Source of the DNA: Macrostomum lignano
Taxonomy: Eukaryota
Length of the DNA: 64,000 nt
Direction of reading: 5' to 3'
Assembly (NCBI GenBank): GCA_002269645.1
Contig: NIVC01002428.1
Location: 1-64,000 of the forward strand
The notes beneath the pieces were generated by a model, which was given only the letters and a program-made list of their open reading frames with translations, made no database searches and was not told the DNA's origin. Below, piece by piece: positions 22,378-34,860 of the stretch (positions within the stretch are counted from its first letter, which is position 1; every line of letters starts with the position of its first letter). Made by a program: the position numbers and the translations under genes.

Positions 22378-22501
22378 GACTCACTGCACTGTACCTAGGC
22401 AGTCGAAAGGCCTAATGTTCCATTGTCATATACTATTTAGATTGGTTGCTTGAATTTTAATAGGCCTAGACCTAACTCTTTGTTTGTTTGCGATTGAAAG
22501 C

Positions 22502-25500
22502 ATGTCTTCTACAAACCCTAACAAGTTATATCAAAAGTTGTTTACTGGGCTCAAAAAGAAATTCTGTTGCAATGAAGTAGACAATTTGCTTGAATATAGT
22601 CGTAAAAGAATCGATAAGAATGATAACAAAAATATAGTGCGTTTTGTCTGTATATCTGATATTCACACACCTAGCAGGATAAGAAAAGAAAGGTAAGCCA
22701 CCATGCTGATGCTACTATAATTCCAAAAAGCCTAAAGGGTGTTTCAAAAGTAATAAGAATTTTAATTTTGTAACTTTTGTCTTGAATATCAATAAGCCTA
22801 AGTTAACTTAACTTAAAGTTTTCATCTAGGCCTAGTAATTTAGCAGATTTAGGTTATACTAACATATAGCTTTGCCTTTGGTTTTCAATTTATTAGCCTA
22901 ACCTATATATCATATATAGGCTAAATGTATTAGTGATATTATTATACATAAAAGCCTAGTAGGCCTAGAGATTTTCAAGGAAATATTTTTTACAACATAC
23001 AAATTTATTTATCTATTTATATATTTTATATATTAAACTACTTTAGGACCAATAAAATTAAAACACATTGGATTGAAGAATACATTTGATGAAGAATTGA
23101 ACTGGGACTGTTAGTCTTAGCCGCAGGGCCAAATATACTATATACTATATAGAACTTTTAGCTAAGCTAGGATAGAGCTTATTTCCTATATACTAAAAAT
23201 GTGATGTCTATATATATATATATATATATGTGATAGATTAAAGAAAAAATGGCTAGACCGATTTTGTTCGAACTTGCACTGTTCGATCAGAAATTTTCCC
23301 GTGACGGTACATGCATCGTGGCTAAGAAATTGCTCGATGCTAAAGGCATTAAATATTCGAAAAACATGCTTTTTTGCAAAGGTCAAGCAAACTTTTTGAC
23401 TTGAAATGCATTGTAAGAATGCTAGAGAAAAAACTGACTGGTTGAATTCTGACTCTGAAATAGATTGCATCATAACTGAATTGTAACTCTGACTTGAATT
23501 GAAAATGCAGTGTGGAAGCGTAGCACCAGACTTGATTTAAATTGCGTAACCATATTGTTAACTGATACTGACTGACTGAGAAACTGATTATGTCATAACT
23601 GCTTCGTGTGATTTACTCTTTGCTTGGATTTAAAAGTGTTGAGTTATATAAGTGCAAAAGTTGATGTTATCAAAATGATGAGAGCTAGCCTAAAGGTGAA
23701 CAAACTGAACTGCTAAATGCAGTGACGATGGTTTGAATTTTCATAGAGTATAATTTTTTTGATTAAAGCTTTTCAACGTCAGGAAAACTAAAAGACTTTT
23801 TAAAAAGATGCGTCATTTAAAAAATCATAGAAGCGTCATTGAAAAATTGTAGAAGCGTCATGTAAATAATCATAGAAGCGTCATTTAAAAAATCATAGAA
23901 ACGTCATGTAAACAATCATAGAAGCGTCATATAAAAATCGTAGAAGCGTCATGTAAACAATCATAGAAGCGTCATTTAAAAAATCATAGAAGCGTCATGT
24001 AAACAATCATAGAAGCGTCATGTAAAAAATCGTAGAAGCGTCATGTAAACAATCATAGAAGCGTCATGTAAACAATCATAGAAGCGTCATGTAAACAATC
24101 ATAGAAGCGTCATGTAAACAATCATAGAAGCGTCATGTAAAAAATCATAGAAGCGTCATGTAAAAAATCATAGAAGCGTCATGTAAACAATCATAGAAGC
24201 GTCATGTAAAAAATCATAGAAGCGTCATGTAAACAATCATAGAAGCGTCATGTAAACAATCATAGAAGCATCATGTAAACAATCATAGAAGCGTCATGTA
24301 AACAATCATAGAAGCGTCATGTAAACAATCATAGAAGTGTCATGTAAAAAATCATAGAAGCGTCATGTAAACAATCATAGAAGCGTCATGTAAACAATCA
24401 TAGAAGCGTCATGTAAACAATCATAGAAACGTCATATAAAAATCATAGAAGCGTCATGTAAAAATCATAGAAGCGTCAAGAAAAAATCATAGAAGCCTCA
24501 TTTAAAACTAATGAAAGTGTCATTTAAAAAATTAAGAAGCGTCACGGTAGAATAAAAGAAGCGTCATGTCAGACATGAAGGGTTCATGTAAAAATTAAAT
24601 GCAACTATAATGCTGTGCTGGGGAGAAAAACTGAGACGTAAAGGCTCTCAGAGAATAACTGAGATTACGGGGGGGGGGGTTTCTGAGATGTCAAAGCAAA
24701 AGTCAGAAGCTACTTCAAAGTTCATGTACTTTACTCCATTTTTTATTGCATTCTTTGTTGGCTCGTCACGAGGGGGGGCGCTGATAGAAGAAGAGTCATG
24801 TAAAAAGAAAAGTAGCACTATGTATACATAAAAGAAAAGTCATGTCGAAGTTAAAAGATTCATTTGGGAATTGCTACGATGTCAAAGCTTGGTGGAAATC
24901 GTTATAGTGCTGTGATTCTTAAAGAAAGAATCACTAAAATGTCAAGGCTTAGGGGAGAAGAATTGCTGAGATTTCAAGGCTTTAGGTTGGGTTAAAGTTA
25001 GGTTTAGGTCAGGTGTGGGTTGAGGGTTATATTTTATCGGGTTTCAAGGTTAACAGGGGATTTTTTAGATTTCAAGGTTTATGGGGGCCATTGCTGACAT
25101 GTCAAGGCTTACGGGGGGAATAGCTGAGATGTCAAGGCTCACGGGGGTATAAATGAGATTTCAAGGCTAAAGTCAGAAGCTACATGTAGTTTATTGAAAA
25201 CTTTTTATTACATTATTTGATGCCTCCTCAGGGGAGGGATCGCTGATAAAAAAGCGTAATGTAAAAAATAAAAGAAGCTTCATGTCGAAGTTAGGAGATT
25301 CATTTGGGAATCCCTACAATGTTGAGGCTTGCAAGGAATCGCTATAATGCTGTAGTAGTGCTATAATGACTCTTAGAGAGAATTACTGAAATTTCAATGC
25401 TTTAGGGTTAGGTTAGGGTTAGGGTTAGGCTAGGGTTAGGGTTAGAAGGTTGACAGATATTTTTAGATTTCCAAGGCTTATTGGGGGCATTGCTGAGATG

Positions 25501-28500
25501 TCAAGGGGGGAAGTTGATATGTTAAAGCTTGTGGGGGGAATTACTGACATGTCAAGGCTTACAAGGTTTGACAGGAGATTTTTTAAGATTTCAAGGATAC
25601 ATGCAGCTTATTAAAAAAACGTGTATTGCATTTCTTTAGCTCCCCAATGGGGGGCGTAGATTGCTAGTAGACAACTAGAAGTTCTTAACTTGTTTATTTA
25701 CTAGGTGGATAAGCCTAACTTCATCTTAGTTATATTAGATTTTATATGTTGAAATTAATTTTTTAGCTTTTTTAATAAATCAAGTTGTATTTTGTGTTTC
25801 AGGCCTTATATTTTATTTTAGTATTATATTTTAGCTAAAATATATTCAAACTTAATTATATAATAAAATTATAATCAACAAGAACCTTAGGTTAGGGCTT
25901 GACAAACTCTGGCCCATATGCTACAACAACAACAACAACAAAGTACACTGGATAGTCTCTAGTGTCACAGGGTGTCTCAAGGCTTTGTCTCTCCCGGGTT
26001 ATTGTACAAACATAGGCCGCTCTGCTGCCCTGGGGCACTTGCATCAGCCAGCAGGCAGTCGATGAAATGCTGAGTGCGCGCCTATCCTTGCCAGTAGGGT
26101 GCCTGCAGTGTGAGCAGCAGCACCTCCTGCACTGGCTGTGGGCAGTACAACTCGGTGCAGATGATATGACCTGCCAGCTGGAGTCGCCGACGGCGCAGCA
26201 GGTCACTTGGACGGGCCAGGCCAGCGCGGCAGTAGAGTGCCGCATTGGTGACTTGCTCATTGCTGATCTTGAAGGCAGCATGCAGCAGGCCAGCGTGCGC
26301 CGCATTGACTTGATGTTCGAGCGAGTCTGTTAGTGTCCAGGTCTCGGCGTTGTAAAGCAAGACAGTTTCAACTACCGCCTGGAACAATGTCGCCCTCTGG
26401 CGGTCCAGAAGGGCCTCAGACTGCAGGACCACCCTCACAGAGCGGAAGGCAGCCCAGGCAAGCCCGCGGCGACGACGCAGATCCTCGCGTACGTCGGGGA
26501 CCAGACCACCGAGGTAGACGAACTGCTGACATCGGGGAAGTTCCGTTGCCTGTCTGTCAGCGCCTCAGCATAGGATAGCAGCCTCGATGTCGTCCGGCAT
26601 GCACAGCCCGACGGTCTTCTGCATGTTGATCATCAGGCCGACACTCGCCGCAACAGCAACCAGTCGATCAAGCTGTCGCTGGGCGCCCTCAACGGTAGAG
26701 GATAGCTGGGCGAGATCGTCGGCGTAACCAAGCACGCTGAGCCGCCTCTGCGGTTGACGTCGACCCACGCGTCGCCGCAGCAGGAAGCCATCGTCGTTGG
26801 AGGGAAGTGCAGTGCGCAGCACACAGTCAAGCAATAGCACGAACAAGAAAGGCGCTAGCGTATCTCCTTGAAGAACCCCCGAGGAAGTCTCGAAGAAATC
26901 CGATAGGCCGTCCGGCGTTGTCACAGCAGCTTTCGTGTCGTGGTACGTCGCCATGATGGTGGAAACCAGCTGCTCTGGCACGTTGTACGCACGGAGCACC
27001 ATTGGGAGCGCAGCCCTGACAACCGAGTCGAACGCCTTCTTGAATTCAACAAAGATGACAATCAGGATCGACTGGCGCGTCCGCGCCTCCTCGATAACTC
27101 GGCGAAGAGCCAGGATCTGCGTCACTGTGCTGCGATGGGGTCGGAAGCCGTTCTGCTCTGGGCGCAGGTACGGATCCAGCACCGGCTGTAACCGCGATAA
27201 CAGCAGGCGGTTGAACAGCTTCGCAGCGCAGGACTGAAGGCAGATGCCTCGATGCTCTTCAAGCCTCGTGGTCCCGGCTTCTAAGGAACTGCGACGATGT
27301 GTGCCGTGGTCCATTCGTTGGGCGCCGCCTCACCGGAAAGCACTCGATTCCTCAATCTGGCGACCTCACTGGGCACACAGTGGATGCGCAGTGCTTCGAT
27401 GGGCACCTCGTCCGGACCCAGCGCCTTGCCGCCCGGTGACACTGACAGCTGGGCGAGCTTCACAACGTCGGCTGTGCTGACTGGGGCTACACTGAAACTC
27501 TCCTCTGCCGGCAACGGCGTCTCCGGCGGCAGCGTCAGGTTATCCGGAAGCAGGGGTGGCGGCGCGTTGACGATGGCAGCGAAAAACTCACGAAGCTCAT
27601 TTCTGCGCTCGTCCGCAGTGTCGCCTGTCAGGTTTAGCGCCAAGCGCCGTTTTCGTCCCGTCAGAGCATTGATGGCAGACCAGGCCACGCGCCCTCTGGC
27701 ATCGGGCCCAGCAGCAGAGACGGCCTGAATAGCGTCGTCGACAGCGGCCTGCTGGCGCTTGAGATAGATAGCCGCCAGTACATTCTCTGCTTCGCGGGTT
27801 GGCTGTCTGCTCAGACGGAGCCTCTCCACCTCCTCCTTCGCTTGCCGAATCTCGGGGTCGTCCTGCCAGACCGGCTGCCCGCGCTGGGCCGGTTGCATCA
27901 GCTGGACTGCTTGCTCTGCGGCGGCCCGAACTGCAGCGCACACATCCGCGTACTCAGCACCTCCACGCTTGCCGCCAAGCGCAGTGATGAAAGCGCTGGC
28001 AAAGCGGCGATGCATGTTGGCGTCCCTCAGCGCGCGGTAGTAGCGCCGCGGTGGCCGCTTCGGCGGATGGTAGAGCTGATCGCGAAGTCGAAGGTCGCAT
28101 ATAAGCAGATGGTGATCGGACCGCAGAGCCAGCGGCGTGATGGCACGGCAGTTGGCGGCGCGACGGCGCTCACGAAAGCGCAATAGCACGTGGTCGAGCT
28201 GTGCCTGTCTTCGTGTTGCGTTCCGCCTGCGCGCGTTCCGCCGCCTCCTCTTGCAGCCCACGAAAGTCGCGAGCCCACCCGTTGACTTGCGGAAGCGGGT
28301 GTTGGCCGACACCATGTCCTGCCTCTCCAGGAAGTCCTCCAGCGCTTCGGTGTTGCCGTTCTCGCACGGTGTCACAAACAGTGACCGCTCGGACCTACGC
28401 AGGACCGCGTTCAGGTCTCCGAGAACAGCCACTGTGTCACGCTGCGCCATAGCCTCCACCTGCACCGAGAGCTGCTCAAAGGTCTGAGCCTCATCAGGGC

Positions 28501-31500
28501 GGGTGGCAGGGGGCGCGTACTCGCAGAACAGGCGAGCGTTCCGGCCGCGAAGCCGGACGTCGACCCGAAGCAGCCGAGGGGACAGGGAGATGCAGCGACA
28601 GCTCTGCTGCAGCCTCGGTCCGATCAGCACTCCAACTCCTCCACGACCTCGTTCGTCCGCCGATGTGTAGTGAAGCGTCCACCCGGCGCCCAAGTCCTCA
28701 CATTGAAGTCCCGGGTCGGCCTTGATGGACACCTCCTGCAGAGCAATGACGTCACAGCTAAGGTCGAGCGCTAGCTTCGCTCGATGCTGTTGAGCCTCAC
28801 GGTCCCCGACGCCACCCGGAAGATCCGTCTGGACCAATGCAGAAGCAGCTCGGCGGGCGGCTCCACGCCGTCGGCCTCGCCGGTTTCGCTCACGTCGACG
28901 CTCAACACGCCGGCGTTTGCTCCGCTGCCCCCGTTTAGTCCTGCCGCTGTTGGCCGCCGCAGCAGTTAAGCGCGGCTCTCCGCCCAGACCACTTGGAGGT
29001 CGCGGCATTTATCTGCACCAAGGTGCAAATAAATTAGGACCATGCCACATATGGTCTATGAAGCCTCTCAATCTGGCCCTCAGGTCCTTTAAAACTTTGC
29101 AATAGCAATCTAGCCTGCTTAAGGTTTGTGTCTTCTTTTGCAGTTCTTCTCTCTCCCCTTACCTTTCTCCCCATCTCTCCCTTTCTATCTCGCCTCATCT
29201 TTCTCTCCTCTCTTCATATCTCTCCTCTCACCTCTCTTTGCTTTCCTCCTTTTTCCTTGTCTCTTCTCTCCCCTCCCTCCCTTCTCTACTCTCCCATTTT
29301 CTGTCATCTTACCTAATAATACTTTGTCCTTTCTACTTTACTCTTTCATTTTCTTTCCATTGCCTGCAGCCATGAGCTGTATTTTCTATCTGGCCTTGAG
29401 GTAGAAACTTCTACCTCATGAATTATATACCTGCCTTAGGTATATAATTCATCAAGTTTATCCAAAGAAAGCTAATCCCACATAATATGAATCTTATAGA
29501 ATCATTGATGGTAAATTTATATCAAAATCTTAGATGAAAAAAATATTAGGTCAGCTAATTACCCAAATATTATCCAAGTTTAGTATAATAATTTCAGATC
29601 GAACAGTGCAAGTTTGAACAAATCTATTCAGCCATTTTTGCTAAAATCGATCGCATACCTACCTACCTGCCGACAGACCATTTTTAGTATATGGATAAAC
29701 CTATGCTAATTAAGAATTCATTAAGTGCAAAGATTATATATGAAAAGTTTATATAAATTAACAATACATCTCTAGGCAAGCAGTGTAAAATATACATTGT
29801 TTATCATTAGCCTTGTTATGCCTGTGGTAAGCAACTGCCCAATAAGATAGAGTTGATGAAAAGGATGTTAAACTTTTGATTATTAAAAATCAATCAAAAT
29901 TTAAGATTTTGTAAGAACGAGATTAACTTTGCCAAATCGACCTGCTGGTCACTTTCACGTTCCTCTAATTTACATTCCTCTATTCAATTCCCACTCGACC
30001 AAGGATCCCGTGGCAGTTCCCTCAGGGCGACGTGCTGCTGGTGGCTGGCGACCTCACCATGCGCGGATCCGCCAGGGAGGTGAGCCAGGTAGTTGACTGG
30101 CTGCGCGACACCCCCTACTCTCACCGGGTGGTCATCGCTGGCAATCACGATTTCTGTCTGGACCCGCAAGATGATGACTACTCGCCTGAGGCTGAGGCGG
30201 CTCTGCAGCGAGAGTGTATTTACCTAAGAGATTCCAGTGTTGTCCTGTTTGACAGCGTCAAGATTTATGGCTCACCTGTGACACCAGAGTTTCACAGCAT
30301 GGCCTTCAATGTGGCCAGGGGCAGCGACATTGAACAGGTGAGCGCTTTTGGGACTGTACAATGCAATAAAAGGGTTGTCATGTAAAATGGGTGCCAGCAT
30401 TAGCTGGGGTAATTAAGGGTGTGTGGCTACCCCCCAGTCCTTGGACTGAACAGCCGTACGCAGCCTTCAGATGCGCTGCGCAATAGCTGCGGCTGAGCTG
30501 TCGGTGCACATCTGGTCCAATTGAACCAGATGTAATCAATTATTATTCATGTTTTTTTAAACCTTTTATACCGTTGCTCACCTGTACGAGCGAATTACCG
30601 CCAAAAACAAGAAACAGTATTTGTTATAACCGATTATTAAAACTAATACATGATTCGCTGAGCATACGGCATCGTTAGGTAACACTTGAGAGCATAGGAA
30701 AGTGGAGCAGAACTGAGAGAGTCAATGAGTCAGTCCAATTTATAGATCCGGCCGGCTGGCAAAGGGGGCCAGCCAAAGTAAGTCCTAAAAATTCACACTC
30801 GGAAAATAGACGTAGTACTAGTTAGATGACGAGTCATTTAGCCTTAAATTATACAGTCATAGTTACTCCTGCTGTGTACCCTAAATCTCACGTTAATTTT
30901 GTTTGTTTTTTTCATAGGTAAGTCGCATTTTTATCAAAAAGTAAGCCGCACGGCTGTTGTAAATCTGGGGTTTGCGCATGAATGGACCAATCTCAGAAAA
31001 CTTTAAGGTCAAGGACCAGGTGTACACTGGTGCCCCTCCCTGCCAGCTGAACATTAAGGGGGAGGCTTGCTTTCTGTAATATTAAAGGCTCCCAAGATAG
31101 ACAATTGGCCGTGCTGTTTCATGCGATCGATGATTTATGAATTGCTCTGGCTCGGCCCCAACAGGTTTGGTCTAGCATCCCGGAGGACACGGACATCCTG
31201 CTCACCCACGGGCCGCCGCTGGGCCATGGCGACCTCGTTCACAACGGCATTCGGGCGGGCTGCGCGGACCTCCTGATGCGGGTGAACCAGGTGAGGCCAG
31301 CCTATCACGTGTTCGGCCACATTCACGAGGCCTACGGCGTCACTACGGACGGCTACACAGCGTTTGTGAATGCGGCCTGCTGCAACCTGCGCTACTTCCT
31401 GGAGCACCAGCCGCTGGTGTTCGAGTTCGCCGTTGCCGAGCCGCAACAGAAGCCCTCTCTGGATGAGCAGCTCGAGTCCGGCCTGTCTTTGGGGAACTAG
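22502..31500 (+). CDS. MPPED: Metallophosphoesterase, MPPED1/2 (239FB) family
   Basis: Phase-consistent exons 22502-22692, 30004-30337 and 31165-31500 (286 aa): VRFVCISDIH, GDVLLVAGDLT, VVIAGNHD, IYL.DS, KIYGSP, IPEDTDILLTHGPP, GC.DL, HVFGHIHEAYG, VNAA. The exon 1-2 junction (AAG acceptor) is the least certain part. Confidence 0.88.
23170..23300 (-). repeat. Diverged ~130-bp dispersed repeat, inverted copy of 29550-29705
   Basis: Reverse complement aligns to atttc.gatcgaacagtgcaagtt.gaacaaa...gccattttt...catttttagtatat.gga at 29550-29705. Confidence 0.7.
23810..24568. repeat. Minisatellite, 23-bp unit
   Basis: tcatgtaaacaatcatagaagcg, about 30 copies. Confidence 0.95.
24640..25620. repeat. 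Diverged ~470-bp tandem duplication with telomere-like (TTAGGG)n tract
   Basis: Blocks such as aaagtcagaagctac and catgtcgaagtta..agattcatttgggaat recur at ~24700/25170 and ~24840/25280. ttagggttaggttagggttagggttaggctagggttagggttag at 25402-25445; degenerate counterpart near 24985. Confidence 0.75.
25923..29010 (-). mobile_element. Near full-length RTE-clade non-LTR retrotransposon (APE endonuclease + RT), frameshifted
   Basis: APE motifs LQEV, GVGVLI, YAP, VLGDLNA, ANTRF, QLDHVL, SDHHLL. RT motifs KALGPD, RGICLQSCAAKLFNRLL, EQNGFRPHRST, KKAFDSV, GVLQGDTLAPFLF, YADD. (TTG)n 3' tail at 25923-25940; shifts near 27300 and 26570; lies in MPPED intron 1. Confidence 0.95.
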
Positions 31501-31917
31501 TAGCCTGCAATGAGTCTTATTGATTGGCAATATTAGCTATCAAATCATGTTCTTTCATAGATTTTCCGGCTTGAAAACTGATGCATTGATTGATTGATTG
31601 ATGTATTGACAATACGATTGGCTGCCGGGGAATAGGCTGAGTCAGTTTCATTGACAGCTGTACTGTGCCCTGTGACCAGCTTATTAGTTCACTGTGGACA
31701 GCAGGTTTGTTTAGATAAGTTGAGATTTTCCTGCATTCTCTTTCACGTTTGTTTTACTGAAGCGTAAAATTTCACAGGAATACCATGTGCCTGCTAAAAG
31801 TTATGAGCATTTCAAAACTGTACACAAGAAATGTCTGTCTAACACGATTTTGAAGTTTGCACTTTTTGACGTAAGCAAAACGGCATACGCTCTGATTGGT
31901 GTCAAAAAGCGTCCTGG

Positions 31918-32160
31918 GCCATAGACTAAAGCCATAGACAAAAGCCATAGACTAAAGCCATGGACTAAAGCCAAAGACAAAAGCCATTGACTAAAGCCAT
32001 AGACTGAGGCCATATACTAAAGTCATAGACAAAAGTCATAGACTAAAGCCATGGACTAAAGCCATAGACTAAAGCCATAGACAAAAGCCATAGACAAAGG
32101 CCAAAGAAAAAAGCCATAGACTAAAGCCATAGACCAAAGCAATAGACTATAGCCATAGAC
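31918..32160. repeat. Minisatellite, 13-bp unit
   Basis: aagccatagacta. Confidence 0.9.
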
Positions 32161-33104
32161 CCCTTTGCAAGCTTCGAAATCGTGATATAAATTTCTTGGT
32201 TACAGTTTTGCAATCCTTGTGACTTTAATCAGGCACATAGTATTGCTGTGAAATTTTATGTTTCAGTGAAACAGACGTGAAAGAGAATGCAGGTAAATTT
32301 TAACTTATTTAAACAAACCTGCTAGCTGTCTACAGAGAACACAAAAAAATTGCAACACCCCTCGTATATATTTTCCTTCTGAGAGTCATTCAATTCATTC
32401 GTGAACCAAATCAGGTCTTTGTAGTTGTAGGCTTTGACGCCTTCTTGTGTAAATCTTTGTGATCTCTGTTTATTGAGAATTCTCTCTATTTTTGGTATGC
32501 TTTTTGTTTTTAAATCCCTCACTATAACTGTGAAATATACAGTAAGATTGCCAAATTTACCATTGATACTAATGTACATATGCTAATCTGGTCTGATATT
32601 TACCGTACTTTTTATTCACAATACAAGTTAAAAAGTTGTGCAACATGCTACTGATTCAGTAGACAGTCGGAAATGTTTTATTACATTTGTTATCAGATTT
32701 AGGGGTCATATACAATCACATTACAACAATAATCAAGTTGATAATTATTGACATTGATTAATCGAAAAATAGACAACAATGCAATGCGATCGGTGGCAAT
32801 GTGATGTACATACACTAATCAGTATCTTATAGCATAAAATCATTTGGTAAGCACTGGCAGATGTGGATCCCGATCGGTTTTAAATGCCGCTGCAGGCGCA
32901 GCCGAAATCGGGATTGACGGTTTCTTGGAAATACTCTGCTTAGTTCTCTGTCGCATAGGAACTGAGGACTGTGGGCTATTTTTGACTGAGGTCAAAAGAT
33001 TATTAAATAACAAATTACTGTCTGTTCCAGAAGCCCAGACACCGCTATGATATTCTAATATTGATACTTTTTATAGACTGGCGCCACTTTACAGATCCTA
33101 CATT

Positions 33105-34050
33105 TAAGTGCCAATCTATAGAGCCCTGGGGCCACTATACAGAACCCTAGCGCCACAGACCCATAGAGCCACTCTACAGACCAATAGCGCCACTCTACAG
33201 AACCCTAGCGCCACTCTACAGACCAATAGCGCCACTCTACAGACCCATAGCGCCACTCTACAGAACCCTAGCGCCACTCTACAGACCAATAGCGCCACTC
33301 TACAGAACCCTAGCGCCACAGACCCATAGCGCCACTCTACAGACCAATAGCGCCACTCTACAGACCAATAGCGCCACTCTACAGACCCATAGCGCCACTC
33401 TACAGACCAATAGCGCCACTCTACAGAACCCTAGCGCCACAGACCCATAGCGCCACTCTACAGACCAATAGCGCCACTCTACAGACCAATAGCGCCACTC
33501 TACAGAACCCTAGCGCCACTCTACAGAACCCTAGCGCCACTCTACAGACCCATAGAGCCACTCTACAGACCAATAGCGCCACTCTACAGACCCATAGCGC
33601 CACACTACAGAACCCTAGCGCCACTCTACAGACCAATAGCGCCACTCTACAGACCCATAGCGCCACTATACAGAGCCATAGCGCCACTCTACAGACCCAT
33701 AGCGCCACTACAGAACCATAGTGCCAATCTACAGACCCATAGCGCCACTCTACAGAACCATAGCGCCACTCTACAGAACCCTAGCGCCACTCTACAGACC
33801 CATAGCGCCACTCTACAGAACCATAGCGCCACTCTACAGAACCATAGCGCCACTCTACAGAACCATAGCGCCACTCTACAGAACCCTAGCGCCACACTAC
33901 AGAACCATAGTGCCAATCTACAGACCCATAGCGCCACTCTACAGAACCATAGCGCCACTCTACAGAACCCTAGCGCCACTCTACAGAACCATAGCGCCAC
34001 TCTACAGAACCCTAGCGCCACTCTACAGAACCATAGTGCCAATCTACAGA
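33105..34050. repeat. Minisatellite, 21-bp unit
   Basis: tagcgccactctacaga(ccaa/accc/ccca); gives 7-aa-periodic spurious ORFs. Confidence 0.95.
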
Positions 34051-34611
34051 TTCCAAAACACGCCTCAGTCTAAAATCCCATAAATGTAATCGTACAGTGT
34101 ACAGAAATCTGCGAGAACAAAACAATAGGATTGAATGAGCGACCAAAACGGAAATGGGGAAAATCAAATACGCTCGTAAATTTACGCGAAAGTTCGCATT
34201 TACACGTACGGCTCAATTTGTTGCCATGGAAACCAAAGCATCCGTTAGATTATTAAGATACTCGTATGTGAAAATTAATCTAGATAGTGCCATTGCAAAG
34301 GGCAAAATTTACACTGGGCGACACTCGGACACGCGGGATATCAGAACGGGTTGCCATGGTTACTAATAATAAAGCAAGTAAAAGTTACAGAATTGTGCCA
34401 GCAGGAGCAGCAAGCAGAGCGATGGGATCTGAGACGGCCTGGCAGCCGAGCTTCCCAGTCGACGGCCGCCACCCTGTGGCCGCGACCAGCTCAAGTCGGG
34501 CGACTGCGGCGGCGGCTGCGGCTGGCGCCAGCGGCTGTCTGCGGGTCCGCGCCAGGGATTCGCTGAATACTGGGACTGGCCTGCGGGCGCAGGGGGTTGG
34601 CAGGTGTTAGA

Positions 34612-34860
34612 CGAGGCTAACAATTCTAGACAGAGCTAACGATGTTAGACAGAGCTAACAATGTTAGACAGAGCTAACAATCCTATACAGAGCTAACAAA
34701 GCTAGACAGAGCTAACAATGTTAGATAGGGCCTAACAATGTTAGATCGTTCCAGCTGTTAGATAGAGCCTAACAATGTTAGATAGTTCCAGCTGTTAGAT
34801 AGGGCCTAACAATTTTAGATAGGGCCTAACAATGTTAGACAGTTCCAGCTGTTAGACGGG
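34612..34860. repeat. Degenerate ~19-bp tandem repeat
   Basis: gctaacaatgttagacaga variants. Confidence 0.8.

Noticed and set aside
32322-33050. Short minus-strand ORFs (…YNYKDLIWFTNEL…; …DRDPHLPVLTK*) and the GC-rich patch at 34370-34610 as exons of another gene
   Set aside because: No recognisable motif and no phase-consistent splice model could be built; left unannotated.
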